Positions 37,709 to 50,329 of a stretch of 64,000 nucleotides of DNA are shown piece after piece. Source of the DNA: Carcharhinus longimanus (Eukaryota); the NCBI GenBank assembly GCA_030264375.1, contig JASCQW010000001.1, positions 112,833,132 through 112,897,131 on the forward strand. The letters run 5' to 3'. The translations under genes were made by a program, and so were the position numbers. Each line of letters starts with the position of its first letter. Position 1 is the stretch's first letter. The notes under the pieces are model-generated. The model saw nothing but the letters and a program-made list of their open reading frames with translations, was not told the DNA's origin and did no database searches.

Positions 37709-39269
37709 ATAAAAAAATTAATTGAATATATATATTCTAACTGCATGCACCCATATTTTACCTGTTCATAGTCATTAAAGCTAGCTACAGTCTCAGTAAA
37801 TTTCTACTCACAATATTAATCACAATAGGGGAGTAAATTAATTTAGAGAATATGGTAAACAACCCAGAAAGAAATAATTTCTATTAATATTGTTTTTGTT
37901 ATCATTCATGTAAAGTCAACCAATGCTGAAATAAATCGTAAACAGAATTGACCTGAATTTCAGAAGCAGCTATTCTGAACTCATGCTGTAACTTCAGATA
38001 GAGTTACGAAATCAAAACATCAAATCACATTTTAAATTCTGGCACTTGGTGCTGAAGCAGTGGATCAGAAATGTCAAGCACTGAGAAAGAATGCCTTGCC
38101 ATTTTAAGTAGGATGAGTTGTAATGTCACGTTTACAATGATGTCTTCATAAAACTATTCGCATCAACTTGAAAAGTGGTTGTATTGATCTAAAGCTGCCC
38201 TATAATATAACAAGGATCCTCTTCTGACTGTGCATCACAATGAGCAGAAATGACTGTCGGGTTATATTAGTGCAGCACCGGACAAATAGGGAAACTGAAC
38301 TATTGAGAGCAACCAGAAATGTAAACAGAATGAAACCAACCTATAAGATAAATCATCAGTTACAATTAAGACTTGTTCATCACATGATACTTTTATCCTA
38401 CTAATGACGTCCTCTTATTTCAATATGGTAAAGCTTTCCTCAATTTCAGTGCATTGAGGCTTATGATTATGATTGAGGGGTTAAGCTTTCATTCCGATGT
38501 TTATCGAAAATCTGTTGCCTATTAAGAGTGCCCAGATATATAAATTGTTTTCACTAAGCTCTGGGGAAATTCTCCAGTTTTACTTCAAGATATTGTCCAA
38601 AGAGCAACTTGCTTAAACTGGCACATTGCGAACCCTCTTCATGGAACCTGCCCAATCTTCATTGCATTAACTTAGATTAAGTTACAGCAAGCAAATCGCT
38701 CCAGGGTACATGGCATTACTGTAATATTAAAATCTCGACTTGAACATTAGGCAGAGATTTGATTTTGTTTGCACAGGCAGGGGTTTGCATGCAATCTCAG
38801 TGGATGTCTGTGCTATACATGATAAATCATATGCATACTAAGAAATTAATGATTATGATGTTTTCACTACAACTTATTCAAAATATGGTAAATGCAGTGA
38901 AATAATTTGCAAGTGCAAAAACTTCAGTATAAAATACAAAAATTGAGTTAATTTTTCTTTTGTTCCAACTTCCTATTATTGCCTCTAACAATGGGGGAGC
39001 AGACTCAAGTTATGCATTTTTTTCCTGTTGCATTCATTATTTGGCTGGATAATTAGCTAACAGAAGACATGCTGATAATGTCAATGCCAGCTGGAGTGCA
39101 TAACTCGCATAAGTGTTCCTCAGTCCTGAACACAATCTGGCTGCAAAGTGTAAGGGTGTAACCAGCATGTTGTGAAAAAAGGCACATCCCCACATTTATT
39201 ATCAGAGTTCAGTGCACCCCAAGGGAGATCCAATCGACTGGTATTTTAACTCTGTGTTTCCTAGTTAAC

Positions 39270-39555
39270 CGAGTCACTGTTTAAAATAAGGAATCACGCA
39301 TTTAAGGTAGAAATTAGGAGATTGTTTTTCTCCCTCAAAGTGTCATTAGTCTGTGGAACTCTTTCCCAGAGAACAATGGTCACTGAATATTAAGTTTGAA
39401 TTAGATATATTCTTGATTGACAAGGGAGTCAAAGAGTGTAAGGGGTTGACAGGAAAGTAGAGGCCACAATCAGATCAGCAATGATCTTATCAAATGAATG
39501 AACAGGCTTGAGGGGGCTGAATGGCCTAATCCTAATTCTAAATTGTGTGTTTGAA
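39270..39555 (+). mobile_element. CR1 LINE 3' end
   Basis: GTCACTGTTTAAAATAAGG..CTGTGGAACTCT..ATCAGATCAGCAATGATCTTATCAAATG; homologous to 9895-10220. Confidence 0.8.
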
Positions 39556-40529
39556 TGTACATTATGTGCCTGCTTTAGGAACTGGTGCTTTCACCATTAA
39601 CCATCCAGGATGCTGGAGCTAGATCACATTTTGCAATTTACATTTGGGGAAAAATAAGTAGCACTCACAGACAATGATAAGTGAAAAATCTCAAAATGGA
39701 TGTTACATCATAACATGGCATGGTCAAAAAACATCTGAAACAAAATGTGAATTGAGAAATTTTGTGACAGTATTATATGTTTCAAGTATTGTATACGTAG
39801 AAGAGAAACTAAATGGATGTTGATTTATACTTATATCCTCAGTTTTACCATTTTGGAGAAGCTCATTTTTGCAAATACACATGGCACATGGATCATTTAT
39901 ACAATTACTGAACAAAGTAAGCTCTTAGCCCAGCAAACAATCAACTCAAAGTCCTAAAAGACCTTAGTTTTAATGTTTGAGAATAAGCCTGCTGATGAAA
40001 ATTAAAGGCAATGGAGCTCCTCCCCACACTAGGGAGAAGTCCCACACTGATGGAGTTGCTGGGTAATCTGATGGCCAGCAGCTGCATCAGTCCTGGCAAC
40101 ACAGAGTGCATTAGTGAGTGTTACTGGAACTGCAAGAGCAGGAGAAAGAAGGCCCATTGATCCCAGAGACAGATGAATCAGGGATCTTGAGTAGCTCAAG
40201 AAGGGCAGATGTTGGGTTTAAGGTTGCGGGTGAGTAGGAAAAAAAGGAAGGATGTCTATGTTAGGGGAAGTCACCCCATGATCCTCAAAGGGCAGCCTCC
40301 CAAGATAGAAACCCACTTTTTCCCCACCCTTTGATGAGATTATTTAAACCTGACTGTCCATGCCAAATATTATATGACATGTGCCTTGCATTATCAAGGT
40401 CAATTGTCTTGGTAATAAGCCTAATTGAGTCACGATTATCTATTTAAATATGCAGGCCTATTTTCATGCAGGTCCACTCCCCACTATATTATGGGGGTGA
40501 GCTTGGGGGCGGATGGAAAGGTGATGGGG

Positions 40530-40750
40530 CATTATGGTGATTGTCCCTTTAAGGGCAACACAGCAGAGTAAGAGTCACAGTGTGTGAGACCAATTGTGAC
40601 TCCAATTATTGAATCACCTTATACTGAGAAAGACTTCTAGGCAAAGAATAAACTACAACAGCTAGCTACAATCATGAGGCTGCTGTATAATTCTTATTCA
40701 CAAGAACCCTTGGTGCTCATTAATGAAGTCTGTGAAAGTGTATCTTTACA
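40530..40750 (+). mobile_element. Possible short solo LTR inside a degenerate TIR element
   Basis: TGTCCCTTTAAGGG motif often seen in fish Gypsy LTRs, AATAAA at ~40647, ends near TTTACA; no partner LTR found. Confidence 0.3.
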
Positions 40751-41456
40751 GATGTAAAATAGGATGGTTGTCCACGCTCTCCCCTACCTCCCTGCACCCG
40801 CCCGCCAGACACCACCCCCCCCGCCCCCCACAGTACAAACACACTCCACAGTGACTCCTTTTTAACAACGATAAATTCTACCAAATTCAACTTCCTATTT
40901 TTCCCCTTCCCAAATCACAGTCCTGGGAGATTCAACATCCCACAGTATTCATGGCCTTCGGGGAAGTATCTTGGAGACACAAGAGATTTCTTCTGCTTCT
41001 GGTAGAACATCGTCATCATCCACAGAATGGGACTACGCTTCAACAGAAATCTTATAGTCATTGCTGAGAAGCAAAGTCAAAGTTGCAGAATGCCTGAAGT
41101 GCATAGAAAGAAAAATACTTTTTATTGAAAGACTTATCCGAAAGAAAAGACTGAAGAGTAAGGATTGCGAGACCCTTTTGGGACTAGGAAGGAACAACTC
41201 AGGACACTCTGGGGAAATTATTGCTCCCTCAAAGCACAGAGTTTCAGAACAGGAATAATCCTTAATTCCAGGAAAGATTGTCACAGCTGTATCATCCTCT
41301 GCTGCATTGATGAGCAAGGATTGAAGATCCGAGATTTCAATTAACTTCAATGATGAAAGAAATAAAATGACTGCACCCCTTAAAAAAATGGTTGCATCCC
41401 TGTAAGAAAATGTCATCTCCCAATTGTATTTCGGGAGGGCTGTCTACTTTCAATAG

Positions 41457-41880
41457 AGTAAGAAGTCTCACATTTAGGTTTATTTGGTAGTACATGCCAC
41501 AAGCTTTCGGAGCACTACCCCTTCATTAGGTGAGTGGGAGTTCTGTTCACAAATAGGATATATATATAGATACAAACTCAATTTATGAGATAATGTTGGA
41601 ATTTGAGTCTCTACAGGTAATCTAGTCTTAAAAGATACAGACAATGTGAGTGGAGCAAGGGTTAAGCACAGGTTAAAGAGATGTNNNNNNNNNNNNNNNN
41701 NNNNNNNNNNNNNNNNNNNNNNNNNNNNNNNNNNNNNNNNNNNNNNNNNNNNNNNNNNNNNNNNNNNNNNNNNNNNNNNNNNNNTGTATTGTCTCCAGCC
41801 AGGACAGTTCGTGAGATCTTGCAAGCCCATGCAAGTCGTGGGGGTTACAGATAGTGTGACATGAACTCAAAATCCCGGCT
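41457..41880 (-). mobile_element. Penelope-like element 3' end with hammerhead-like core
   Basis: AGTAAGAAGTCTCACA..GGTTTATTTGG..ACAAGCTTTCGGAGCACTACCCCTTCATTAGGTG matches the arm at 8486-8568; minus strand CTAATGA-AGGGGTAGTGCTCC-GAAAGCTT. Confidence 0.85.
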
Positions 41881-43235
41881 CTGTGAAAGAAAGGAATTTA
41901 CGAGCTGACTGTATAAACTTCTTCAGTGTCTGAAGACTCATGTTCCACTGCTTCTAAATGAAAGAGTGATGATCATTACGTGAAAGACAGGAAGTTGTTC
42001 AAAAGATGAGCATCATCTGTTTTTTACCCGGGTTCCAAGAAGTATGCCAAAATTGCTACTCAGCAGGGGTTTATGTTGTTGATTCTCTCTATATTCTTCA
42101 CAACGTGTTGCCACTTGTAGCTGAAAGGAGCAGTAATCCTGTCTTTAACTGAAAGATCTATGCTGCCTAGAACTTGTAATTTAATGTCTTATAAATGAAG
42201 GGACATTGGATGAAGCCAGTTGAGGTCATCTGCTAATAATGTTTACAGTAGCTCCAGTGTCACTATTAAAAGTATCAAAGCCTTGACTTGAAATTGTCTG
42301 TAATTTCTTCTTGATTTCCCATTTCTTGGATGGAATTTGTTTCATTAATAATTTATTGTTTTCAGCTTTGATTAAAATAATTTTACTTGCAGAAATGCTT
42401 GAAATGTCCAGTTTTGCTGCATTGAAAGCATTTTGCACCTCTATTGGGCAGTCCTAGTGTCTTTGTTGGTTTTTGCACAATATAAGTATCACAAAATTGC
42501 TGCCGATATGGATTTACCCACCTTTGTGCCTGGTTTTGTGGGCTTTCTCATGACTGGCGCCTGTGGGCCTATCCAGTCAATTGAGTCATATGAAGCTTTG
42601 GAGCTGCCACAAATTAATAGCCAGATTAAATGTTCGAAACCTCATCTGCCTTGCATACTGAACCGCTTGATCGAAAGAAAGATCACCTTTGGTCTGTACA
42701 AAATCAGAATTTTTCATTCCTGACACCCACAACTATGTGACCATATATTAGCTCAAATCCCAGTGCTCCAAATACACAAGACATAGCTAGGTGATATGGG
42801 TTGGTCAGAATCTCCAAGTTGTTGCAATTGTTGGTTAAAATGTACTCAATCAATTACTAAGTTTTGATTCCAGCTAAAAATGTCAAAGGCTTTAAGAATG
42901 GACTCAAAGTCCATAGTGAACTCCTGCACCATCAGCCTTAGATTAATTGCTACTAGACCTATCATGTAAAAGGTCTTGAAGCTTTTGTTCCTTTTTGTTA
43001 AAGCCTGATGTTGCTTGGTACTAGAGAAAACAGCTCTATTACTCCCACTGCTGGCCTCTCGGCAGGCCTCAATTCAGTCAAACAGTTGGAGCAAGAGCAG
43101 GAACTACTCACTAGTTATGATCACCATTACTTCTGTCCATTCTGTCTTTTTCCATTGATATTTAATGAACTGCTTTGAAAGGTTTCTTCACTCTGTAATT
43201 CCTTCAATAACATGGATTTTTTTTAAACATTGATG
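41880..43235 (-). mobile_element. Decayed Ty3/Gypsy LTR retrotransposon gag and protease
   Basis: CCHC knuckle CFQCSKTGHFKHFC (42389-42430); aspartic protease DTGATVNII (~42235-42261); gag motifs HFNQQLQQLGDS, IVVGVRNEK and DLSFDQAVQYARQ; many stops and frameshifts. Confidence 0.85.
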
Positions 43236-43253
43236 TCCCCATTGCTGCCACCA
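43236..43253 (-). promoter_or_regulatory. Primer-binding site (tRNA-Leu type) of the Gypsy element
   Basis: Minus strand ...ACA|TGGTGGCAGCAATGGGGA resembles TGGTGGCAGCGGTGGGAT, directly after an LTR-like CA end and upstream of gag. Confidence 0.7.
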
Positions 43254-43497
43254 TGTCCTAAGATGGTCCTTCTACCTTGAACTCTATGTGCGGCTAGTAG
43301 ACAAACTCCAGTATCTACTTAACATCTGCTTATTAGTACTACATCTAAACATGTTACTGAGTTGACAATATCATCCTCAGCACAATTCCAACGTCTCTAT
43401 CTCTCCAGTGTAATAAATGACTGACTGATGTCAATGTTACACCATCTATGTCATGTTAGCATATCCCATTTGTTAACCCTTTATTCGAACTGCATAT
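43254..43497 (-). mobile_element. 5' LTR of the Gypsy element (outer boundary approximate)
   Basis: Ends in CA adjacent to the PBS; length inferred, no 3' LTR partner found. Confidence 0.55.
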
Positions 43498-43821
43498 GTG
43501 GTAGGTCTCTTGTAATATAGAAATCAAGACAACTCATGATGCGTAGGACACTGGTTGTCATTTTCAGAGAAAACTGGCCAAGATGCTATGCAACCTCTAC
43601 TGACCTAACAGACATAATGAGAAATCGGTTAGAATTTTTCATTGGTTATCAAATATAACCAACTACATCTGATCATGGTGGAAATAGAAGTTTTCAAACG
43701 AAAGCAAAAATGAACAACTGAATCCACACATGCAGCCAAATATTCAAGCAAATGATGGGAGAATTGAATCATAATTAAGAAAGAGTCAGAAAGCATACAT
43801 CTGGATCCTGCTAATCCTTTA

Positions 43822-44052
43822 TAAAGAACAAAGAACAAAAACAGCCTGGGAAACAGGCCCTTCGGCCCAATGAGTCCACGCCACCATTTTAACATTACGA
43901 GTCCCCCCTCCACCTATGACCCTTATCTATGCTTATGGCATTCCACATTGAGGGAAAACTAATTTAGGGACAATTTATTACCTCCAATCAGCCTAATAGC
44001 ACATCTTTGGGGTGTGGGAGGAAGCCGGAGCACCCAGAGAAAACCCACGCAA
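43822..44052 (-). mobile_element. HE1-type V-SINE, 3' part with (TTCTTTG)n tail
   Basis: GCACATCTTTGGGGTGTGGGAGGAAGCCGGAGCACCCAGAGAAAACCCACGCA is the reverse-complement V-domain; head missing at the CR1 junction. Confidence 0.8.
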
Positions 44053-45113
44053 GAGAGGAAGAGGTGTTGCACTTGTGATTAGGGAAAACATCACGGCAGT
44101 ACTGAGAGGGGATATATCCAAGGGTTTGGTCACAGAGTCTATATGGGTAGGACTGAGAAATAAGAAGCGGGGGGGAATCAGTTTGATAGAGCTGTACTAT
44201 AGTCCCCCAAATAGTCCCCAGTGGGAATTTGAGGATCAAAGAAGTAAGAAGATTACTGATAGCTCCAAAAAAATAGGGCGGTAATAGTTGGGGATTTTAA
44301 CTGTCCCAGCATTGACTGGGACAGCCATAGTATTGGAGGGTTGGGTGGAGAGAAATTTGTTGGGTATATTAAGGAGGAATTTCTCATTCAGTGTGTGGAT
44401 GGCCCGACTAGAAGGTGCAGAACCTGACCTTCTCTTGGGAAATAAGGAAGCGCAGGTGACTGAAATGTTGGTGAGGGGTCCCTTTGGGACCACTGGCCAT
44501 AATTGTATGAGTTTTAAGATAGCTGCGTAGAATGATAGGTCTGGCCCAAAAGTTAAAATTCTAAACTGGGAGAAGGCCAATTTTGATGATATCAGGCAGG
44601 AACTTTCAAAAGTTAATTGGAGGAAATCTGCGGGAAGGCAAAGGGACGTCTGGTAAGTGGCGGACTTTTACAAGTGCGATACGTTTCAGTGTAACCAAAT
44701 ACCTCTTAGAGTGAAGGGCAAGACTGGCAGAAGTAGGGAACCCTGGATGACTCAGGATATTGAGGCCCTGGGCCAAAAAGAAAAGATAGGCACATGACAA
44801 GCGTAGGGAGCTGGGATCNNNNNNNNNNNNNNNNNNNNNNNNNNNNNNNNNNNNNNNNNNNNNNNNNNNNNNNNNNNNNNNNNNNNNNNNNNNNNNNNNN
44901 NNNNNNNNNNNNNNNNNNGGGTAGTAAGGGCGTGGAATGCCCTGCCTGCAGCAGTTGTGGACTCGCCAACTTTAAGGGTGTTCAAATGGTCAGTGAATAG
45001 ACGTATGGATAACATTGGAATAGTTTAGGTTAGAGGGTCATTAGATTGGTTCCACTGGTCGGCGCAACAGAGGGTCAAAGGGCCTGTACTGCGCTGTAAT
45101 GTTCTATGCTCTA
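44053..45113 (+). mobile_element. CR1 (HER1-like) LINE: endonuclease domain, gap, 3' end
   Basis: KRGRGVALVIRENI, TESIWVGL, YYSPPNS, VGDFNCPSIDW, DLLLGN, GTTGHN (APE motifs); tail GGGCCTGTACTGCGCTGTAATGTTCTATG. Confidence 0.9.
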
Positions 45114-45129
45114 GAATGTGTTCAATGTA

Positions 45130-45572
45130 AGAAAGACTTGCATTTAGATAGCACCACCACAACCACAGGATTAACTAAAGTCTTTTACAGCCAATTAATT
45201 ACTTTGAAGTGCAATCATTGGTGTAACATCAGAAACATGGCAAACAATTTGTAGAGGGCAAGCTCCCACAAAAAGCAACACTGTAATGACCAGATAACTG
45301 ATGTTAATTGAGGGATAAATATCGGCCTAGACACTGAAAATGAATCGCCTGCTCTTCTTGTCGTGGAAACGTTTACATTCTCCCGAGTGGTCAGAGGAGC
45401 CTTGGTTGTACATCTCATGCAAAAGACTGCATCTCCAACGGTGCAGCACTCACTCGTTGCTGCATTAGAGCATCAGCTTGATTTCTGTGCTCACATCCTG
45501 GAGTGGGACTTGAACCCACAACTTTTCTGATTCACAGATAAGATCATTACCAATTGAGCTACAGCTGGCACA
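45130..45572 (-). mobile_element. Deu-domain SINE (SacSINE1-like), near full length
   Basis: tRNA-like B-box reverse complement GGAGTGGGACTTGAACCCACAAC; conserved core TTGAGGGATAAATAT.GGCC.AGACAC; L2-like tail ACTTGCATTTA.ATAGCACC. Confidence 0.8.
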
Positions 45573-45891
45573 CCTAAACACAATATTTTGTCCCATAAAC
45601 ATAGCACACTGTTACCACTTTTAAAGAAGAAAACTGCAAATTATACTATCATTGGACCTGTTAAATCAATTAGTACACAGCAAATTAGTACACAGCACAG
45701 GACCAGAGTCCTGGCAAATCGTGTAGATAGGACTGTAGATAGGGCTTTAAAGTAATTTGGGGGGGGGGGGGGGGGGGGGGGTGGGGGTGTGNNNNNNNNN
45801 NNNNNNNNNNNNNNNNNNNNNNNNNNNNNNNNNNNNNNNNNNNNNNNNNNNNNNNNNNNNNNNNNNNNNNNNNNNNNNNNNNNNNNNNNNN

Positions 45892-45964
45892 TGAATGGCG
45901 GGGCAGGCTCGAAGGGCTAGATGGCCTACTCCTGCTCCTATTTCTTATGTTCTTATGTTCTTAT
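45892..45964 (+). mobile_element. CR1 3' tail (young family)
   Basis: TGAATGGCGGGGCAGGCTCGAAGGGCTAGATGGCCTACTCCTGCTCCTATTTCTTATGTTCTTATGTTCTTAT. Confidence 0.9.
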
Positions 45965-46299
45965 TAAATTAGCTCTAAGAAAACCAATGCTTAAATTATT
46001 AATTTGGTCAACGTAATGCTAGCAGTGTTTTTAACTAAGTATACAGCCACTGGACAGAAAATATTGAATTTTTGAACAAAAATTTGTCTGGCTGGGTTAC
46101 CAATCTCTTTGATGTCCTGTCAAGCAGAAGGCAGCAATCAATTTTCTACTGATGAGCAGGTGCCTCAGAGATAACGGAGATGGTAGTGATCAGACAATTC
46201 CATTTTGGCAACATGTGGTGTTCAGTTTTGTCTTGTTGAAAGGTCTGCGTCCTATTTACATTTTACAACATAACTTAACAATCTAGCTCAACATGTAGA

Positions 46300-47330
46300 A
46301 ATGTTGTACTTCACAAGGTAATTTGATCTTCTGGTTTAACCATCACAAAGAAATGTGACAGAGAAACAAGACAGACAAACCAGAGAGAAAAACAAAAGTG
46401 TCACAGAAGAGGAGAAGATTGCAAAAGCCTTTGGGGGCCCATGTGATTTTGAGAGAAAGTATCTATATTTTATGTTGGGGTGGCAGTCCATTTCAGAGCT
46501 AGGTTTCTCAGAAAGATATGTTTAAAAAAATGCTTCCTTCCAATGACTGATTGTGTGATCAAACACCCTGGGAGATAAACGATAGGGGAAAAAAGGGTCA
46601 ATCAGAAGTTAATTATGGGAGTGAGTAACTTCTTGGGTGTGGTTCCATGTTCAAGCAGTTTGGGTTTAGTTTAGAACAAGCTGGTTCAAGAGAACATTTC
46701 ATTTAATCAAGGTTCGATACAAGTGGTAGGATACAAGTGTTTTTAAAAAAACCTGTTCATAGAAGGACTCTGCTAACAATGAATTTTGCATCTGGGAAAG
46801 CCAAGCTAGATGACACTAGAGTTAAAGAACATTTAAACCAGGAGAATTTTACACCAAGGTAACTACACTGAAGACACTAGTTTTGCATGTATTGAATGGG
46901 GAACTACAACTGTGAGATGGTTGGAGATATGAAGGAAAAACTTACCAGAAGTCAGAGCAAGACCAAGAATTCTCAACTCTTATGAATCTTTGAGACAACA
47001 ATCAAACCAAGTACTCTTCCAATTTTTGCTAAGTCTCTAACGTGAAATTTGGGGGCTCTGTCAAATGAGTTTGGAGGAAAATTTTTAACTTGGAAGTTTG
47101 TCTTAAAGTACAAGTAACGTATAGTATAAAGTATATTTAAAGTATAATTGTACAGTTAATATCTTTAATATCCCCAACATTACTATTAATGTTATTTGAT
47201 TTTCTTGAGCAAAATTCTTATTTGAAACCACAAAATTTGTGGCTTAATTCTTTCAATACCTGGCTTTTGGAATGCATAAGTAAAAATGTTACTGCTTTCT
47301 ACTGAGATGTATTATTCTATCTGACACAAG
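46300..47330 (+). mobile_element. Possible old solo LTR
   Basis: Composition and AG-rich 5' part resemble LTR-type repeats; termini not resolved. Confidence 0.2.
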
Positions 47331-50329
47331 ACATGTAAGTGGAATTATTTTCTGCATCATTGTTGCCGTTTGTAACTACCATTCCCACCATTTCCCTGAA
47401 TTTGTTAATTCAGAGAGAATAGTGAGAACTTGGCACCTGGATAGAAATTTTGTGCTCTGCAATGATGTTTTAAATTAAATTTGTTTGAACATTATCAATA
47501 CAGGCAATTGCTCATTTCACACATTTTCAGGAGACAATGAGGAGCAAATTAGGTCATAGGTAGGCAGGCACAGCACAATCACTGCTTGCTTGTTATTACA
47601 ACCACGAGATCGAGGGCTGGAATGTCATAATCTAATCTGAGCTGTATCCGAGGTGGGCAGCCAGGAAAACTGATGGCAATGTTGACCTCCTGATTGTTTA
47701 CTTTGCTCTCTGGTGTCATAAACTTATCAAAGATGGGGTAGGAGGGAGTGCAAGCCTTCAATCTCACCTGTTCCCTTCAAGTTGGTTCAGGGCTTCTAAG
47801 AAGTCTATCTCTCATCAAGGTTTTGTATTTTCCTGACAGGGGTTGATGTTTTGCAGCTGCCTGCCTCATATCAGCTGAAGTCAAGAATTGGCCACGTTGG
47901 GAGCAAGTCACGATGGCCAGAATGTTTTCTAAAGTGTAATAGCTTATCATTGATTAAATGACTTATCTCTGAAGTGAAAGTAGCAGCAGCCCAACATATG
48001 TCAAGAGGAGAAATCAGAAATAAGAACTTTGCCAGTTCAGGAGGTTGTCATTCTCCTGGCATCATAAGTACATCAGAGCAGTGGACAAGATTCTTTGGAT
48101 TCCACCCAAGTGCCAGGAATACTGCAGCTGGAAATGGATGCTGCACTGTCAGAAATTGTGGTTCGGAATGCACTGTGTCCAGTGTCTGGAACTGTTGGGT
48201 GGTTCCATGCAATAGTCCCCTGCAAGGGTGTCTTAGGGTTAGGGTTGGGGGGATGGAAAGCAGGAACAGAAGACTAAGCAGGGAGAAGGAATTGGGAGGT
48301 AGAAAGAGAGATCAGTGAACAGAAAGGTCCTCCTCTTACGAGGTGGTCTCCTCCTTCCAGCTGCCAAGAAGAGGACTTTTCTCTTCTTCTTCTTGGGTGC
48401 CTGGCCTTTCATGACATATCACTTCCATGCTTTGCAGTGGCAGGCTTTGGCACAATCTCACTCCCTCAGGACAACAAACAGCCTCAATGATGGCTGCTGG
48501 CAGTGTCTAGACAAGTCCCACACTTCATCTGACCAACCTCCATTAGTTTTAATTGGACAGCAGATCCATCTCCATATCAATTAAGGGCTTACCCCTGTGA
48601 AAATATGCACTTAAGTTAGCTTCCCATTGCAGGTGGGTTTCTGACACAAAACAGGCCTGACTTCAGTTTCCCATCTCCCACAAAAATCTAACCCCTCAAG
48701 TTGCCAAGACTCATTGGATGAAACCTTGGAGGCCTTAGCACATGATCCTTCAGCGGCACCCACTATTCTCCAGCCTAATATGGCTTTCATTGTGGTGCAT
48801 TATCATCCATTATAGAATAGCAAAGAGACCGTTACCTAATCAGATGATTATTGATTATCAAACAGGTTTCTCACATGAAAGCATGTGAAGAAAATAAAAG
48901 AAAAACACTTCTTTAAAAAAGTCTGTAATTTGTCTCCCAGTTTTGCCTGAAGTGATTCATTTTAAATTTCATGACACTTCAGAAGCAAGTATATAGTTTT
49001 TCTGTGGGACTTGAGAGTCTCCTGTAGATTCCATCTATTTGTACTTCAAAAATTGGTACTAAGATCCTTTATATGTCAAAGGGTAACAATTTGCCATCTT
49101 ACAATTGAAACTGTTGATCACTCAGTCTGCCCATCTCACAACCCTCCTTAAGAAGGAAATTTATGCCTGATCAATTGTAAATTTTAAAACTGTGATTTGC
49201 AGATGTTTGCTCACCAGAGGTATGGAGCAAAGGTGGGTATATTGAGTTAGTTCCCAGATGAAACACTGGATGGAGGCAAGGACTTAAAGGACTAAATAGC
49301 CTAACCCTATTCCTATGCTATAAGCATGAGAGGCAGAGTGCCAGGACGTGGAGATTAAATGGCCCAACATCATTTTCAGACCACCCTTTCCATTTATACA
49401 CCAGACTACACCCTTAAAATGTGTGTCTAAAAAGCTAAATGGTCACATATCTGTCCTGATTTTACAATACATGGACAAAACTTTTCTATGGCTAAAAATA
49501 AAGTTTTAAATATATATGGAAATAACAATAGGATTTTTTCCCAGTTGATAGATTTGAAAACAGCTGCCTGTGATGATCTTTCACTGCAGGTAGCTTTAAC
49601 AAGCTCAGTGTGGAACTTCTGCCTCCCAGTGGAAAGAAGTCCCACCCTTGACAGCTGCTGGCCAATCTGATTAACTAGCAGCTCTTGTCAATCCAGCAGT
49701 GGGTGCAATCCCATGAAGAAGGCAGCCTGGATCCCAGACCAAGATAAATCTGGGATTTTTGGGCAGTGAGGGCACACTCAAGAGGGAGCAGTCTGGTTTT
49801 GGAGGCTGAGTGTGATGCACAAAATGGAAGGTACTATTTTGGGATATGGGGGTGGGGAGGGTGCTCAAGTTGCACAGGGCACCCCTGCAAAGATGGTACC
49901 CTCCCTCTTCCAGGCTTTTCAACAAGAGTTTAGCAGTGTAATATTCAGGCCAGTTAAGTTTAATTACCCTGCTTTGAGTTTATTTAAAATAGCGGGCAGG
50001 CTGCCAATTTTGATACCCATCCAAGTACCATATTATGGGAAACCAATGTTTGATGTTGGGTTTGCAACCCAGCATCATCGTGGATTGTGCACAGGCACAG
50101 AACAGCAGGGGTCCCAATTTTAACACACAAAATCTCAGTCAGTTTCATATTGGTAGCAAAATAACTGAGGAATCATTTTCCCTTCATTTCTTATTGTAAA
50201 TTTATGATTTATTCTTAAGATTTGAAGGCTAAGATTCATAGTTCAATGTAGTGCACACTAATACAGAGTATGGGGCATAAATACTGAGAGACGGTTACCT
50301 TCTCGGGAAGAGGCCTGTATGGAGAAAGC

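Noticed and set aside
41033-41416. 127-aa minus-strand ORF
   Set aside because: No recognisable domain; lies next to decayed LTR-element sequence
45759-45791. Long G run as a G-quadruplex element
   Set aside because: It abuts an assembly gap, so its length and context are unreliable
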